Assembly: GCA_963776245.1 (NCBI GenBank)
Contig: CAVZLN010000006.1
Location: forward strand, 736,001 to 800,000
Source: Candidatus Eiseniibacteriota bacterium
GTDB lineage: Bacteria > Eisenbacteria > RBG-16-71-46
Reading direction: 5' to 3'
Length of the DNA stretch: 64,000 bases
A model generated the notes under the pieces. It was given only the letters and a program-made list of their open reading frames with translations. It searched no databases and was not told where the DNA came from. Below, one piece after another: positions 62,676 through 64,000 of the stretch. The position numbers and the translations under genes were made by a program. Within the stretch, counting starts at the first letter, position 1, and every line of letters begins with the position of its first letter.

Positions 62676-63269
62676 ATGAAGCGGACACTGCTGGTGATCG
62701 GGCTTCTCGCCATGGGAGCTGGCGTCGCGTGCGCCGCGGACTACGTGGTCCGGCCGGGCGGCGAGAACAAGGTGGTGTTCGCCTCGCGGGCCTCGATCGA
62801 GGGCTTCGAGGGCAAGACCAGCCAGTTGTCGGGCCACCTGGTGGTGGATCCCGCGGGCTTCGGCGACACGTTGACCGCCCATTTCGAGGTGGACCTCGCG
62901 AGCCTCGACACCGGGATCGCGAAACGCAACCAGCACATGAGGGAGAACCATCTCGAGACCGCCAAGTACCCCAAGGCGGTGTTCGACGGCGCCGCGGTGC
63001 GCGGGCCCGCGGGCGCCCGGCTCGAGCCGGGCAAGCCGACCACGTTCGATGTCGAGGGCACCTTCAGCCTGCACGGCGTGAGCCGGCGGATCCGCATCGA
63101 CGTCGAGGCCACGTACACGCCGGGTGCGGGCGGCGGTCAGATCGCGTTCCAGACCACCTTCCCCGTCGCCCTCGCCGACTACGCCATCAGCCGGCCGCAG
63201 TTCCTGTTCCTCAAGCTGGCCGAGACCCAGAGCGTGCGCGTGAGCGGCGTCGCGGTGGCCGCGCCGTAG
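62676..63269 (+). CDS. YceI family periplasmic lipid/polyisoprenoid-binding protein
   Basis: Signal peptide; VDLASLDTGIAKRNQHM...LETAKYPKAVF, GTFSLHGVSR, LADYAI. Confidence 0.9.
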   Translation: MKRTLLVIGLLAMGAGVACAADYVVRPGGENKVVFASRASIEGFEGKTSQLSGHLVVDPAGFGDTLTAHFEVDLASLDTGIAKRNQHMRENHLETAKYPKAVFDGAAVRGPAGARLEPGKPTTFDVEGTFSLHGVSRRIRIDVEATYTPGAGGGQIAFQTTFPVALADYAISRPQFLFLKLAETQSVRVSGVAVAAP

Positions 63270-63289
63270 ATTGGCGCCGCCCGCGGCGC

Positions 63290-64000
63290 TCAGCGCGCGC
63301 CGGCGCGCGGGAGCGACGCCAGCCGCATGAGCGCCAGATAGGTGGCCCCCGCCACCGCGAAGCCGAGGAACCACGCGTACGCGTACAGCGACTTCCACAG
63401 CGGCGCGACCCCGCCGAACGCGACCGGGAACGCCTGGGCCAGGAAGCCCGGCACGCACGGGGCCACGCCCGCGACCAGCGCCACCAGCGCCGCGGGATTG
63501 AACCCGCCCGCGTACTCGTAGCGGCCGCCGCGGCGGTAGAGATCGTCCACATCGAGCTCGCGGCGCCGCAGCACGAAGTAGTCCGCGATCAGGATCCCGC
63601 CGATCGGCCCGAGCAGCGCGGAGTACCCGATCAGCCAGGTGAAGATGTAGCCCTGCGAGCTGGCCAGCAGTCGCCACGGCATCATCACCAGCCCCGCCAC
63701 CGCGGTGATGAGCCCGCCGGTGCGGAACGAGATCAGCCGCGGCGCGGCGTTGCTGAAGTCGTTCGACGGGGACACCACGTTCGCCGCCAGGTTGGTGGTG
63801 AGGGTCGCGATGCTCAGCGCGAGCATGGACAGCAGCACCGTGGCCGGTCCGCCGATCCGGCCCAGCAGCACGACCGGGTCCCACACCACCTGGCCGCCCG
63901 GGAAGATGATCGCGGTGGCCGAGGTCACCGCCACCCCGATGAAGGCGTAGAGCGTCATCGTGGGCGGCAGCCCCAGCGCCTGCCCGACCACCTGGTCGCG
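63290..64000 (-). CDS. NCS1 nucleobase:cation symporter (5' part beyond the window)
   Basis: GLPPTM, WDPV, TNLAANVVSP, MMPW, WLIGYSALLGPIGGILIADYF, YAWFLGF. Confidence 0.92.
   Translation of the reverse strand, partial: RDQVVGQALGLPPTMTLYAFIGVAVTSATAIIFPGGQVVWDPVVLLGRIGGPATVLLSMLALSIATLTTNLAANVVSPSNDFSNAAPRLISFRTGGLITAVAGLVMMPWRLLASSQGYIFTWLIGYSALLGPIGGILIADYFVLRRRELDVDDLYRRGGRYEYAGGFNPAALVALVAGVAPCVPGFLAQAFPVAFGGVAPLWKSLYAYAWFLGFAVAGATYLALMRLASLPRAGAR

Overview
Very GC-rich bacterial chromosomal window with about 60 tightly packed CDS. I found no rRNA, tRNA, CRISPR array, transposase or phage genes. A C-terminal TWGxxKxxYR protein and a FlgD/T9SS-like C-terminal domain point to an FCB-group lineage such as Ca. 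Eisenbacteria (inference). About 16 genes, including housekeeping acnA and ispG, are broken by 1-bp frameshifts, best read as uncorrected long-read errors. Contents in order: HtrA protease; Ser/Thr kinase-TPR; beta-propeller + MoaD pair; amidase with a Tat-signal partner; an ECF sigma/zinc-finger fusion divergent from a TolC-MFP-RND-PII-like-DUF2892 efflux operon; a complete kdp locus (extra small peptide, kdpFABC, porin, kdpDE) with tandem operator repeats; PPi-PFK; aconitase; a large repeat surface protein; ettA; cnoX/ybbN; ispG; an L,D-transpeptidase/Mur-ligase fusion; class A PBP; two fold-type II PLP enzymes; thrE; a cytochrome/porin/YceI operon; and a partial NCS1 permease. Highlights: (1) a hidden Rdx/SelW-like selenoprotein (CGYU, in-frame UGA plus SECIS-like hairpin) that the ORF track splits in two; (2) an Ig-stalk monoheme lipoprotein + Cyc2-like heme-porin + YceI operon; (3) a signal-less YkuD-MurC/Mpl fusion; (4) twin hairpins with near-identical CCUGUGY loops in the aconitase leader; (5) the cysteine-rich ECF next to the RND/YgaP system.
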